A stretch of DNA of 64,000 bases, taken from positions 22,258,001 to 22,322,000 of the forward strand of contig NC_086106.1 in the NCBI RefSeq assembly GCF_963921235.1, given 5' to 3'. The notes beneath the pieces were generated by a model. It made no database searches. It was not told where the DNA came from and saw only the letters and a program-made list of their open reading frames with translations. Positions 21,716 to 36,400 of the stretch are shown here, piece after piece. The translations under genes and the position numbers were made by a program. The first letter of the stretch is position 1, and every line of letters begins with the position of its first letter. Source of the DNA: Mobula hypostoma. Taxonomy: Eukaryota.

Positions 21716-24100
21716 AATCCCATAACCATCTAACAATTACAACAGGGAAACAGGCCATCTCGGCCCTTCTAGCTCGGGCCGAAAGCTTACTCTCACCGAG
21801 TCCCACTGACCTGCACTCCGCCCGTAACCCTCCATTCCTTTCCTGTCCACAAAGCTATCTGATTTTACTTTAAATGACAAACTCGAACATGCCGCTACCA
21901 CTTCTGCTGGAATCTCGTTCCACACAGCCACCGCTCTCTAAGTAAAGAAGTTCCTCCTCATGTCACCCCTAAACTTTTGACCCCTAACTCACAACTCATA
22001 TCCGTTTGTTGGAATCTATCCGACTCTCAATGGTAAAACCCTATCAACATCAAATCTAATTACCCTCCCTCATATTTTAAATACCTCTACCCCCTCAACC
22101 TCTGCGCCCCGAAGAATAAATACCCGACTTGTTCAACCTTTCTCTGTAACTTAGGTGCTGAAACACAGGTAAATACTAGTAAATCTTCTCTGTGCTCTGT
22201 CTGTTTTGTTGACATCATTCCTATAATTCGGTGCCTACAACTGTACACAATTCTCCATATCTGGCCTTACCGATGCATTGTACAATTTTAACATTGCATC
22301 CCAACACCTATACTCAAAGCTCGGATGAATAGAGGCCAGCATACCAAAAGCTTTCTTCACCAAGCTATCCACATGAGATTCCACCTTCTGGGGACTATGC
22401 ACCATTATTCCGATATCTCTTTGTTATATTGCATTATTCAATGCCCTACCATTTTCCATGTATGTCCTGTTTTGATTAGTACTACCAAAATGTATCACCT
22501 CACATTTATCAGCATTAAACTCCATCTGTCATCTTTCAGCTCACTCTTATAACTGGCCTAAATCTCTCTTCAAGCTTTGAAAACCTGCTTCATTATCCAC
22601 AACGCTACACATCTTATTATCATCTGCATACTTACTCACCCAATATACCACCCCATGATGTCATTAATGTATATGACAAACAACATTGGACCCAGTACAG
22701 ATCCCGGAAGCACACCACTAGTCACCGGCTTCAAATCTGACAAACAGTTATCTACCACTACTCACTGACGTCTCCGATCCAGCCACTGCTGAATCCATTT
22801 TACTGCTTCAATATTAATACCGAAGGATTGAACCTTCCTAACTAATCCTCCGTGTGGAACCTTGTTCAAGGCCTTACTGAAATCCATATACAGAACATCC
22901 ACAGTATTACCCTTGCCAACTTTCCTAGTAACCTCTTCAAAAAATCCAGCAAGATTTCCCCCAAACAGGACCTTCCACTCACGGATCCATATTGTCTGCT
23001 CCTAATCAGACCAGTTGTTTCCGGATAATTATAATTATCATCTCTAAGAATGCTTTCCATCAATTTACCCACCACTGACTTCAAACGCACAGGCCGAGAA
23101 TTGCTAGGTTAATTATCAGAACCCTTTTTAAACAATGGAACAACATGAGCCATACGCCAATCCTCCGGCAACATTCCGTTTCTAATGACATTTGAAATAT
23201 TTCTGTCAGAACACCTGCTATTTTAAAAGTAATTTCCTTCAAGGATTTTTGGGAATATCCTGCCGGAGACTTATCCACTTTTATATTTCTTCAAAACTCA
23301 AGTATTTCCTCCTCTTTAATCATCATAGTATCCATAACTTCCCTACCTTTTTCCCTTAGCTTAAACAATGTAAGATCCTTCTCTTTAGTTAATACCGAAA
23401 AAAAATAAATGCCCTAAATCTCCCTGGCCTCTTTTGGTTCCACACATATCTGTCCAATCTGATTCCGTAAGTGACCAATTTTATTCCTCATTATCCTTTT
23501 GTTATTAATATAACTGTGGAAACCCTTTGGACTTATTTTCACCTTACTTGCCACAGTAACCTCGTATCTTCATTTAGCTTTTCTAATTTCTTACTTAAGA
23601 TTCTTTTTACATTCTTTATATTCCTCGAGCACCTTATTTATTTCATATTGCCTATATTTATTGCAGATACCTCTCTTTTTTTTTTTTCCGAACCAAGTTT
23701 CCAATATTCCTTGAAAAACACGGCTCTCTCAAACCTTTAACTTTTTCTTTTCATCAGCAGAAAAATAAAAATTCTGTACGCTCAATATTTCACCATTAAA
23801 TCACATCTAATTCTCTATTGCATCCTTCCCATAAAACAAGTTGTTCCAAGCCATCGTTTCTAAGTCCTTTCGTATCTCCTCAATGTTAGCCTTTCTCCAG
23901 TCAAAAATCTAAACCCTACGTCCAGACCTATCCTTATCAATCGTTATATTGAAACTAAATTATATTGTTGCCGTTGGAGTTTGCCCTATTGTTCTGCAAA
24001 ATCTACGTTACTGCCTCCGACATAGTCAAGGATAGTTTTTAAATTTCCCTGTGTCTGACGTCACTTATCAGCATTGTTTCTACATTACACTGTCTTAACT
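21716..24100 (-). mobile_element. CR1-type LINE (tail at about 21716, RT and end of endonuclease, internally deleted)
   Basis: (cataac)n tail. Minus ORFs include LKSVVGKLMESILRD...GRSCL and DKSPAG...LKE...IAGVLTEIF. A more decayed extension may reach about 24700. Confidence 0.8.
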
Positions 24101-24789
24101 TATGGCATATACCTTCGTTGAAATGGTTGAATTCGTTCTCTGGGAATTAAAGGTGTTCCTTTAATATATGTTCTCCGACATGATCGTAAAAGAAGGAACT
24201 TCATGCAGGATAACCACCAAATTGTGTTCAAATATTTGGTCTGCATGTTAGGAACACTGTGCTGCATGCCACATCCAAAGTAACGTCGGAGCCATGCTGG
24301 CCAGATGTCTTCAGAGAGAATAATTTTCTCCCAAATGCAATCAATTTGAAGAAAAGCCAAATCAGTTTTCGATGAACGTTACAGGCATCCAGATTTGAAC
24401 CGCGCTTCCATGCATATCGTGCTCCATTCATGTTCCTGGCATTTTTCTTGTATGCGTATCTAGTGCTACACTTGCCCAACACCTCCAACCTCATTGTCAT
24501 TCAGGGCCCCAATCAGTCACTGCAGTCGAGGAGACGTTACTGTTGTGAGTATGCGGAGTCATATACTGTGTCCTGTTCTCCCGCTGTTTCCTCCTGCCAA
24601 CCGGTGAGACTCGATGCAAATTGGAAGGCTGGTTCGCCGAGCATCTGCACACATCCAGCTTTAAAAAGTGGGATCTCCCAGTGGCCACATATATTAATTA
24701 CACTTCCCGTTTGTATAGCCTCCAAAGTGATGACATAAGCCTTGATTTCTCGATATTCCGGTAGTGCCCCATGCCCTTACCATCCACTC

Positions 24790-25110
24790 TTCCCTTTTCC
24801 TTCTCTCACTTAATTAGAGATTTCCACCTTTTTTTTTCCTTCCTTGCCCATCCGTCCTTCTCCAGCCGTTTATATTTGTCTTTAATCAACTTCCCAGACT
24901 TCAACCCTCCCCCTCCAGGTTTTCCGTATCACTTTTTGTGCATTTATAGTCCATCCACTCACTTTTTAATTCTGACTCCTTATTTGTTAATTTTCCCCAG
25001 TGCAGCTGAAAGGTCTCGGCCCAAAACGTCAATTGTACTTTTTTCCATACATGCTGTCTCGCCTGCTGAGTTTACTTTTTTTATTTTCCAGCATTTTGTG
25101 TATGTTGTTA
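24790..25110 (+). repeat. Penelope-type 3' tail/pLTR fragment with decayed hammerhead core
   Basis: Pyrimidine-rich run, then gcagctgaaaggtctcggcccaaaacgtcaattg...atgctg...ctgctgagtt...tccagcattttgtg. CUGANGA and GAAAC are both mutated. Confidence 0.55.
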
Positions 25111-27890
25111 AGTCCGTACAAAATACGTTTAAGCAAATATAAAGACTGGTGAAAATAAATATACCCCGAGACAAAAGTGTTGTGCAATCGAAGCCAGACT
25201 AAATAGATACATAAAATGCGCCAGACGAAGGAAGGAGAATTATCAGTTGAGAAGCAATGACAAAGTTTAAACAGGAATAACTGCAATCGACGAGCCAAAC
25301 TATTACCAACACGAGCACGGAATTATCAACAAACAGAGAGATAATGAAATGTTGGTCTGATATCTGATAAGAAAAGATGATCCACAATCATGAAATACAA
25401 GGCACTCACAGAATTGAATGAATACAACAATGTGAGGTTACAAATGATGTATTAAATTCGCCTATAAATAATAACTACAAATAGAAGTGCAGAAATGATA
25501 TTCACAATTCTTTTCATATAAAGCACATTAGCCTCCATCCATACCTAACCATGCATATCGACCAATTTCTTAAAAGTCCGGAAATTTTGACGTTAAACGC
25601 ATACCTTACCTAATTGTAAAATCACATTTGATTCATCAATAAATATATAATTTTACTTGTATATAAACTATATATAGGATTGTAACAATATGCATGTTCA
25701 ATTGTATAATTGGTTTTAAGGGTTGGAAAGGATGCAAAGAATAACTGGCAACAGAATCTGTAATTCTAAATCTAGTCGGTTCTTTCAGAGACTACCAAAA
25801 CATTTGATTCTGTCCCGCACTCATAGTTAATAGAAATTCTTAATATATATAAACAACACCCAATACTTGTGAAATTCCTTCAAAATCTGATTGGAGAACT
25901 ATAATCGCCTTATCTATTAACAACCAAAAAAACACTGTCAAAGTTATGAAAATAAACCAAAACTTTTTCCCGGGCGATTCTGTAAGGCGACTATAGTTTT
26001 GATTAGCATTTAAACCGCTCTGTAATTTACTGAATCGGGAAATGCAGGGTATCAAATCGGACAAAGAAATGGATTATACCTGTACACACTGTCTATGGAA
26101 GACCGCTTTAAATTATATGACCTTTCATCAATAACGCCGAAGCACCTAACAAAAAAACAAAAATCGGAGAACTGCTTTGTAAAGACATAAACTGAAATTC
26201 GGAATGTATAACTGCAGGAAATTTAAAACATAAAGAAATGTGCAATATAGTTAAAATGCATAACAGATCAGTGTAAAAGAATGTAACTCATTAATGAATA
26301 GGAAACATGGGATGGTATGCAAAGCAAATAGATCACCGTGCACTAGATGGCAAACCTTTGACAGAATTTACATCGTCGAAGAAAATCTTCCAAACTGAGC
26401 GCAAAAGTGAAAATATTGCAAATATAATTAGCACATTTGGTATATGCACTGTAACGTGTACTTTTGGCACACAATCTTGTTCCGAAACTGTTCTGAAGCA
26501 TTTACAAACAATAATAAGAACTGAAATGGCATTTTTTTTGAAATCACACTGAGTACTCGAATGCGCTTCAATTATTTCTACCGAACAGAGAACGAGTGAT
26601 GCAATAGTCAAGTACATTTTCTAATGATATATTAACTATCAACGTAAACAGGATTCAGCACTCTGTACGAGCATATCATATTCTGTTAAGTAGTGCACAC
26701 CACTAAATTTAAAATAACCCAGCCCAAAACAATGAAGAAAATATCACTATAGAAGAACGGGTTAACCAATTAATCAATTCGTCTGCATGGAAGACGTCCC
26801 AGTGACCTCAACAAAATAAACAAAAGGCTATCAAATTCAATACGATAAACACAGAAAATATTATGAGAAACCAGATACAAAACAATATCATACATAAACC
26901 AGCAGCAGCTGAACTCAACCTGATTACCTACACAAGCAAAATCGACTGTCAAAGTTTATTCACTTTAAAATACACACATTAAAAAAAAACATATTTTGCA
27001 ATTAATGCAAACGTTATAAAATATTAGAGAGAGAGTAACATAATGTATACTATGACCGATAAGTTATTACAGACAGGGAAACCATAATAACAGTCCAGAT
27101 AAAACAATAAAGATAAATAAATAAGAATAATTGTGTCGATAGATATAAATGTACAAAAACACATAACACCCATAAATTAATAAGTGGTACACATTTTCCT
27201 AATACTAATAGTAATATATAGAAAAGTTTAGAATGCCAATATATAATTGAATAAAACAATTTGACTTACAGAGGAAGACTGGTATAAATCGACAGAGGGG
27301 AAAATACTAAACACCATTGAAATCTTCCTAAAATTCCTTGCAATTAAGGTAGGAGTGCGTATCGATATCCCCGATCCCATCTTACCTTCCGTCCCTCTGC
27401 CTCATTGTGATACGTAATGCACGGTTTGATTTACGGACATGGATCGTGAATATTCTCAAAGAAACAACCAATTGGCTTTTTGAATCAAAACAAATCACAT
27501 GCCTGGAGTATCTGGAATCTGCAAGTGAGGAAGAAGATTAAGCGGGCGATTAAATGGACAAAGCGGAATATCCAGCGGACGGCTCACAAATCAATATTTT
27601 TCATATATGCATACATATGTTGGGTAGAAAGCAACTTTGAATTATGGAATTACTGGAAATGGAGGATGCAATTGCTCAGGAAGTTATCGATGCCAATCTC
27701 TTGACGCTTAGTTTTGAGGGACTAGTAGTAATGAATGCAGAGTTGTATTCAATAAACAAATGCTTATGTTAGACGCTTTGCTGTTCAGATGCTCAGCGTT
27801 GAGTGAACATACAATGAAATGGCATCTGCTGTGGACCTGTTATGCCGATAAGCATTTGGGAGGGTATCAAAGTCACTTCTTAGGCAGGAG

Positions 27891-29712
27891 TGCCAGATGG
27901 AGGTGGCTAGGAACGGACACAAGTGCAAGACACAGAAACTGAAGTACGAGGGACAGGACTAGGGTGCAGGGTGAGGGCAAGGACATGGACACGAAAACCG
28001 GGAACCCGGAACAGGACTGGAGAAGAGAGCTAGGAGCCCGGGCTTGGACTCCAAGCTTGAGACTGGACAAGGACCCAGTACCTCGGTCTTGCTTCTGGCT
28101 CGGACCCCAGAACTAGACAAGGACGAGGCTTGGCTGGCAGGCTGGACGAGGTCGGAGTCTTCAGGCATGAGGCTAGAGGCTAGAGGCGAGTCTTCCAACT
28201 TGAGGCTAGGCAGGAGGCTGGAGGATGGAGGCAGGAGACTGGAAGCTCCTCCTGGGCAGGGCGCGGATCTCCTTCAGACGGAGGCAAGGGAGAGGAATGA
28301 ACAGAACCAACCGTAGGTAACGGTAATACGGCCTGGATTACCCGATGGAGGCAAGGGACAGGAAGGGATAGAACCAACCGTAGGTAACTGCCATACGGCC
28401 TGGCTTACCCGACGGAGGCAGGGGGTAGGAAGTGACAGCGTCTCTGTCGCTGGGTACATGGTTGGTCGGATCGTTCTGTCATAAGGGGTAGCTGGGAACG
28501 GAACCACGTGAAAGACACAGACACTGACGTACTAGGGACAGGACTAGGATACAGGGTGAGGGCAAGGACATGGACACGAAAACTGGGAACCCGGAACAGG
28601 ACTGGACAAGAGAGCTCGGAGCCCAGGCTTTACTCGGAGCCCAGGCTTTACTCCGAGCCAGAGACTGGACAGGGACCCAACCTGAGTACTGCCTCTGTCT
28701 CGGACCCCAAAACTAGGCAAGGACGAGTCTGGCAGGCAGGACGAGGCTGGAGTCTTCAGGATTGAGGCTAGAGTCTAGAGGCGATTCTTCAGTCTCGAGG
28801 CTAGGCAGGAGGCTGTAGTCTCCGGGCTTGAGGCTAGGCAGGCGGCTGGAGTCTTCAGGCCTGAGGCTAGGCAGGAGGCTGGAGTCTTCAGGCTGTGGCT
28901 AAGCAGGAGGCTGGAGTCTTCAGGCTGTGGCTAAGCAGCAGGTTGGATTCATCAGGCTTGAGGCTAGGCAGGAGGCTGGAGTCTTCAGGTCTGTGGTTAG
29001 GCAGGAGGCTGGACTCTTAAGGCTTGAGGCTAGGCGGAAGGCTGGAGGATGGAGGCAGAAAACTGGTAGCTCCTCCTGGGCAGGGTGCGGATCTCCACCA
29101 GACAGAGGCAAGAGACAGGAAGGGACAGAACCAACCGTAGGTAACGGCAATACTGCTGGATTACCCGACGGCGACAAGGGACAGGAAGGGACAGAACCAA
29201 CCATAGGTAGCGGCAATACAGCCTGGCCTACCCGATAGAGACAGGGGAATGGAAGGGACAAAACAAACCGCAGCTAACGGCAAGACGGCCTGGCTTACCC
29301 GACGGAGACAAGGGACAGAAAGGGAGTTAGGTACGGGATGGCTCCAGGACAAGACAGCAAGACAAGGCAAGGCTTCAGGCAATGCAAGGAAAGACAGAAC
29401 TTCACGCGAGGCGAGAGTTACCGGCAAGACAAGGCAGCGCTTCAGGCATTGCAAGGTGAAATGAGAACTTCAGGCGAGGCGAGAGTTACCGGCAAGGCTT
29501 TAGGTGAGGAAACAGAAGGCAGAGGAAGGGATACAAGGAGGTAGGACACGCCCTGGTCTCTGAAGGTATTTATGCAGCCAGCCCCAACGAGCATCAGCTG
29601 TCACAATTAGATTTCAACAAGAACAGAAACCGGGTAGACAGGAAGCATGGAGTAAGTGTCGATGGACCAGACCGTGAACTGGAATACTGACTTCACGGAC
29701 CGGACCATGACA
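27891..29712 (-). mobile_element. Second deletion derivative of the same Gypsy-like family (complete LTR 28477-29712, gag start, partial LTR 27891-about 28420)
   Basis: TSD AGGAG at 27886-27890 and 29713-29717, TG...CA ends. Minus interior gaacgatccgaccaaccATGTACCCAGCG matches the interior of 3573-6979. Confidence 0.85.
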
Positions 29713-31310
29713 AGGAGTTGCATGAACGTTATGTCAGAATTCTATATGATCCGAAATGTGTTCAAAATGTTGCTGGAAACGTCATCCTGTTAAACTACAG
29801 AACGTAGTGAAACTCGTCCATTTGAGAATGGCTAAACAAAAATTGATTCATATATGAGCACTCCATTTCGCTAGCACAGCTCCATTTATTGTCCCATTCA
29901 GTCCTCTTAGTTCTTTATTCAACATGTGGCACTGCTGCTGTTGCTAAACAACAACGATATACAGAACGTTAGACTTATTATCGTTTTCACATCCAAATAG
30001 GTCTGTGAAAGAATAGCAAGATTTCCATTCGGATTATTTTATTGTTGCTGTTCAACAGGTCAGTAACATCTCCGCTGAGCGCTCTATGGTCCTGCAGAAT
30101 AAGTTTCTCATCTTGCTTTCCATTTCCCTGCGTCGAGCTACAAACATACGCTTAGAACTCGATCATTCTTCACGGTACCCACAGTTGGTTTTCTGATATA
30201 GAGCAAGCAAGCATACCAGTGAAATCTGACGATGACAGATCAAAGCTCTGAACAGATCCTAAACATCGGTTAATTATATTTTTTTAAATATCCCGTGAGT
30301 GTGATGTAATTGTTTGTGAGCATTACATCATTATCTCCTGCTGGGCATGATGTAATTGTCTCATGACCGTTGGGTAGTCTGATGTCACGTGATGGCATGA
30401 TATAAAAGGAAAAAAAAAAGCCCACCACGGTGAAGCAGTTGTCATTTCTATTTTTAGTGTAACGTTGTGCCGGCAGTTTCGCAAATCGCTGACAGGTTTT
30501 TTTTTTTTTTTTGCACGTTTATGTTTACCTTACTGTACAGTATTTGAGAGTGAAGGCATTGTCAGAGTTGTCTGACTTCAAAGGATTGGATAAAGTTAAT
30601 GTCGTTCAGCTTCTAAGGAATGATCGACATTTTAATCTGCATTCCGGAATTGTGGCATGCACATTTGAGTAACCCCCCCGCCAGGGCGGGAACGTTTGTT
30701 CAGTGACCACCCTCCAGTCAAAAGGACAGTTTTTGAATTCCTTCGTGACTTCTTTGGACAAAGCATCTTTCGGCTGAGATCGACAGAATAGTCATTGCTT
30801 CGAAGGAATCGTTGTTTTGGGGATGTCTCTCTTTAATGACTGTATAAATCACATGGACTTTTGAATATACCACTTTAAGTCTGTGCTTGGATGAAAACTC
30901 TTTAAAACAGCTTATAAGTTTGACTGTGTGTTCGATATAGTCGCCGAACTGTTAACTTCCCGTAAAGCTCGTTCCTTTACTTTTCGATATTTTGAGCAGT
31001 GGTTAATAAATACCGTTGTTTGTTTATATAACCTGACACAATTTCATATTCATTGTTGCTGGAATGTTTCTTCGGCAGGGGAACGGGTCACAACCGCGAA
31101 TAAGTCGGACGTGAGGCAGCAGAAGTATTTAAAAGAGAGCACTTTCTGCAAGTCGATAATTTTCTTTGGCAGTTGAATGGGGCACGACTACGCAACCGCA
31201 GTTATGTCCGACCGTGACGCAGCTGGAGTATTTAAAAGAGAGCAGATTAACGGAGTGGGCGAAGTTGTCGCGGGCGACGGAGTAGAGGGAGACAGAGTAG
31301 CACACATCAT

Positions 31311-31530
31311 AGTTGCTGGTGAACGCAGCAGGCCAGGCAGCATCTCTAGGAAGAGGTACAGTCGACGTTTCAGGCCGAGACCCTTCGTCAGGACTAACTG
31401 AATGAAGAGTTAGTAAGAGATTTGAAAGTGGGAGGGGGAGGGGGAGATCCAAATGATAGGAGAAGACAGGAGGGGAAGGAATGGAGCCAAGAGCTGGACA
31501 GGTGATTGGCAAAGGAGATGCGGGAGGATT
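31311..31530 (-). repeat. Penelope-type tail/pLTR fragment
   Basis: Reverse complement reads ...cctgacgaagggtctcggcctgaaacgtcgactgtacctcttcctagagatgctgcctggcctgctgcgttc, homologous to 24790-25110. Confidence 0.65.
31359..31396 (-). ncRNA. Minimal type I hammerhead ribozyme motif
   Basis: UAGUC-CUGACGA-AGG(gucucgg)CCU-GAAAC-GUC-GACUG: stem I agtc/gact, intact catalytic core, stem II agg/cct, palindromic ACGU stem III. Confidence 0.7.
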
Positions 31531-31534
31531 ATGG

Positions 31535-33475
31535 GACCTTAATCTCTGATCATAATGCATACTCTCTAAACCAGGCAGCATCCTGGTAAATCTCCTCTTT
31601 ACCCTTCCCAATGTTTCCACATCCTTCCTATAGTGAGGCGACCAGAACTGGACACAGCACTCCAAGTGTGGCCTAACCAGAGTTTTTATAGAGCTGCATC
31701 ATTACATCGCGACTCTTAAACTCTATCCCTCGGCTTATGAAAGCTATCACCCAATAAGGATTCTTAACTACCCTATCCACCTGTGAAGCAACTTTCAGGG
31801 ATCTGTGGACATGTACCCGCAGATCCCTCTGCTCCTGCACACTACCTAGTATGCTGCCATTTACTTTATACTCTGCCTTGAGGTCTTTCCTTCCAAAGTG
31901 TACCACCTCACACTTCTCCCGGTTGAACTCCATCTGCCATCTCTCAGCCTACTTCTGCATCCTATCAAAGTCTCTCTGCAATCATTGACAATCCTCTATA
32001 CTATCTACAACTTCAGCAAATTTTGTGTCGTCTGCAAATTTGCCAACCCACCCTTCTACCCCCACATCGATGTCGTTAATAAAAATCACGAGAAGTAGAG
32101 GTCCCAGAACAGATCCTTGTGGGACACCACTGGTCAAAATCCTTCAAATTGAATGTACACCCTCCACCACCACCCTCTGCCTTCGGCAGGCAAGTCAATT
32201 CTGAATCCACCTGGCCAAACCTCCCTGGATCCCATGCCTTCTGACTTTCTGAACCTTGTCGAATGCCTTAATAAAATCAATATAGATCACATCCACTGCA
32301 CTACCCTCATCTATACGCCTGATCACCTCCTCAAAGAACTGTATCAGCTTGTTAGACACGATCTGTCCTTCACAAACCCATGCTAATTGTCTTTGATCAG
32401 ACCATGATCCTGTAAATGCCCAAAGGTCCTACCTCTAAGAATCTTTTCTAACAGCATTCCGACCACAAATGTAAGGCTCACTGGTCTATAAGTACCCGGA
32501 CTATCCCTATTACATTTTTAAACAAGGGGACAACATTCGCCTCCCTCCAATCCTCCGGTACCATTCCCGTGGACAACGATGACATAAAGATCCTAGCCAG
32601 AGGCTCAGCAATCTCTTTCTTCGCCTCGTGGAGCAGCCTGGGGAATATTCTGTCAAGCCGTGGGGAGTTATCCGTCCTAATGTATTTTCACAACTCCAAC
32701 ACCTCATCTCCCTTAATATCAACATGCTCCAGAACATCAACCTCACTCATATTGTCCTCACCATCATCAGGTTCCCTCTTATTGGTTAATACCGAAGAGA
32801 AGTATTCGTTGAGCACATCGCTCACTTCCACAGCCTCCAGGCACATTTTTCCACCTTTATGTCTAATCGGACCTACCTTCACTCCTGTTATCCTTTTTTT
32901 CTTCACATAATTGAAGAATACCTTGGGATTTTCCTTTACCCTACTCGCCAAGGCCTTCTCATGTCCCCTTTTCGCTCTTCTCAGCCCCTTCTTAAGCTCC
33001 TTTCTTACTTTCCTATATTCCTCAATAGGCCCATCTGAACCCTGCTACCTAAACCTCATGTATGTTGCCTTCTTCCGCCTGACTAGATTTCCCACATCAC
33101 TTTTCACCCATGGTTCCTTCACCCGACCTTTCTTTATCTTCCGCACCGGGACAAATTTATCGCTAACATCCTGCATGAGATCTCTACACAACGACCACAT
33201 GTCCATGGTACATTTCCCTGCAAAAACATCATCCCAATTCACGCATGCAAGCTCTCGCTTTATAGCCTCATAATTTGCCCTACCCCAATTAAAAATGTTC
33301 CTGTCCTCTCTGGTTCTATCCTTTTTCATGATAATGCTAAAGGCCAGGGAGCGGTGGTCACTGTCCCCCAAATGCTCACCCACTGAGAGATATGTGACCT
33401 GACCCTGTTTATTACGTAGTACTAAATCTAATATGGCATTCCCCCTAGTCGGCCTATCAACGCACTGTGACAGGA
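31535..33475 (-). mobile_element. CR1-type LINE, endonuclease end to RT C-terminus, decayed
   Basis: GEHLGDSDHRSLAF, ENPKVFFNYVKKKR, MEFNREKCEVVHFGRK, CVQFWSPHYRKDVE. Confidence 0.85.
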
Positions 33476-33476
33476 A

Positions 33477-36400
33477 ATGGCAATATTAATCACCAAAAGA
33501 ATGCAGTTCCCACCGTCTGATGTAATCAGTGACCCTAATGGTCGCTTTATTATAGTCTCTGGCTCTCTCTTTCAGATACCTGTTATTTTGGTAAATGTTT
33601 TTGCTCCTAACTGGGACGATGTCCAATTTGCAAATAAGGTTTTGTCATTAATACCTAACCTGAATACACATAAGCTAATCTTTTCCGGAGATTTGAACTG
33701 TGCTATTGACCCACTGCTTGATAGGTCTTGCCCTATGGGAACATTTTCCGGTATGGCAAAGGCCTTCTCGATGTTTATGCAACAGAATGGTTATATGGAA
33801 CCTTGGAGATGTTTGAATCCATCAGTTAGGCAATTCTCTTTCTTCTCTCATGTTCACCACTCCTATTCCAGGCTAGACTATTTCTTTATAGATAATCCCT
33901 TGATACCTATGATTAGACAATTTGAATACACTGCTATAGCTATATCTGATCACTCGCCCGTGAAACTGGACCTATGTTTTCCTTTAAACGTTAGAGAACG
34001 GCCTCTGTGGAGACTTAAACCCCTTTTGCTTTCTAATGAGAAATTTTGTAGTTATATATCGGCTAACATTGACACATTAATCGAAACTAACAAAACTGAG
34101 TCGGTATTGCACTCTTTACTTTGGGAAACTTTAAAAGCTTACTTGAGGGGTCAAATAATATCTTATACTTCACATACCAATGAAGAGCCGAGGAAGGAAA
34201 TGCAAGTGTTATTGAAATCTATTTGGGACCTGGATAGAAAATACTCTGAGGCACACACTGCGGAATTATATAAAAGCCGGGTTGATTTGCAAGCGAAGTT
34301 TAATCGTCTATCTACAAACCTATCAGAACAATTAATTCTTAAGACACGTGGCCTCTATTATGAATATGGTGACAAGACGAGCCGGCTTATAGCTCATCAG
34401 TTGAAACGCCAAGCTGCATCACGACTTATTCCCCAGATAAGAGACATACACCAGAATTTGACAAGCAATCCAAAAGAGATTAATAACATCTTTGCAACTT
34501 TTCATTCCTCTCTGTATGCCTCAGAGTTCCCCTCAGATAAAACAAATATGGAACGTTTTTTAGACAATTTGGAACTACCAACTCTTGAACCTGAGGAAGT
34601 GGAGAACTTAGATCGGGCTCTTGGGCAGGAAGAGATTAATAATGCCATTATGGTTATGCAGAGTGGTAAGTCCCCAGGTCCTGTTGGTTATCCAATAGGA
34701 TTTTATAGGAAATTTAAGGATAAGCTCACACCGGTCCTTCTAGAAGTGTGTTAGGAATCTTTGGAGAATGGCTCCTTACCCCCTTCTCTTTCACAGGCAG
34801 CTATTTCACTACTTCTTAAAAAGGACAAGGACCCGACTCAATGTGGATAAAGTGCTTGCATGTCGTTTAGAACGTCCCCTTCCCAAGATAATTTCATATG
34901 ATCAAACAGGTTTTATTAAAAACCGCTATTCTTTTTTTTTAAATATCCGTCGACTAGCTGATGTGGTTTATTCACCGAGTGATTCTCCAAGTCCAGACGT
35001 TTTTATCGCCTTGGACGCGGAGAAGGCATTTAATAGAGTGGAATGGGTATACTTATTTAGTGTTTTGGAGAAATTTGGATTTAGCAGAATATTTATAGCT
35101 TGGGTTAAGCTATTATACCACTCGCATTTAGCTTGTATACAGACAAATTATTTTCGATCTGACTATTTCCCATTAACACGTGGCACTTGCCAAGGCTGCC
35201 AACTGTCCCCTCTTCTTTTTGCAATTGCAATTGAGTCTCTTTCTATTGCAATTAAGTCAACTACATTATTTCAAGGTGTTAGAAGAGGAGACATGGAACA
35301 CCGTGTTTCCCTATATGCTGATGACCTCTTACTTTATGTTAGCAACCCTATAGGTAGTAGTCCTGCTATTGTGTCATTGTTAGGTCAATTTGGAGCCTTC
35401 ACTGGCTATAAACTGAACTTTCAAAAAAGCAAATGCTTTCCCATTAATAACTTGGCCCTACAGATCAGACAGGTATCATTGCCCTTTCCTTTATCTCAAG
35501 ATGGTTTTGCATACCTAGGAATACATATTACTCGCTCTTTTACATCTCTGTTTGAAGCTAACTACAGGTCTCAGGTTAGCCAAATGAAGGCTGATTTCGA
35601 GGGATGGCGCAGTTTACAGCTTAATATAGCTGGGAGAATTCAGTCAGTGAAAATGACTATACTTCCTAGATTTCTCTATTTGTTTCAGTGTTTGCCAGTT
35701 TTCTTATCTAAGTTATTTTTTAATCAGTTGATAAAGCTATAACCTCCTTTATTTGGGAAAATAAGGTCCCAAGGGTTAATAAGCGCATTCTTCAAAGAGG
35801 TCGTGACGTAGGTGGAATGGGTCTTCCCAGCTTTATTCATTATTACTGGGCATCGAACATTCAAAAAGTATTATTTTGGCTTCACCGGCCAGATATAATC
35901 TGGTGCCTGCTTGAGTCACGGTCTTGCCACTCCTCGTCTCTCCCAGCTTTGGTGTATTCTTCCTCACCATTGAAATCCTCTCAATTCACATCTAACCCGG
36001 TCGTGCTCTCTACCCTCAAAATTTTTAATCAATTTCGCTGCCACTATAAGTTCATATCAGCTTCAGTTTTGGGCCCCATTCATAAAAACAAAACAAAACA
36101 AAAAAAAAAACATTTATTTCCTCCCTCCACATTCGATTCAGCTTTTAGACAATGGGGTTTTAACGGTCTTATGCGCATTAAGGATTTGTATACTGATAAC
36201 ATATTTGATAGTTTTGATAACCTGCGCGGTAAGCATGGCCTTCCGCATAATCTTTTTTTTTAATACCTGCAGATTTGCCAATTTGTCAAGGAAAAATTTC
36301 CCTCTTTTCCCGTTCTACCACCTGCTATGTTATGCGAAAAATTCACTCTTAGCTTTAACAATAAGGGGCTGATTTCTGAACTATACTCTCAGCTGATGTC

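Noticed and set aside
30050-30268. Minus-strand FDLSS / FHWY / LLYI motifs suggesting an IgH-like V
   Set aside because: FDLSS is out of frame with the Cys and HWY, the FR2 is missing, and there is no RSS or leader.
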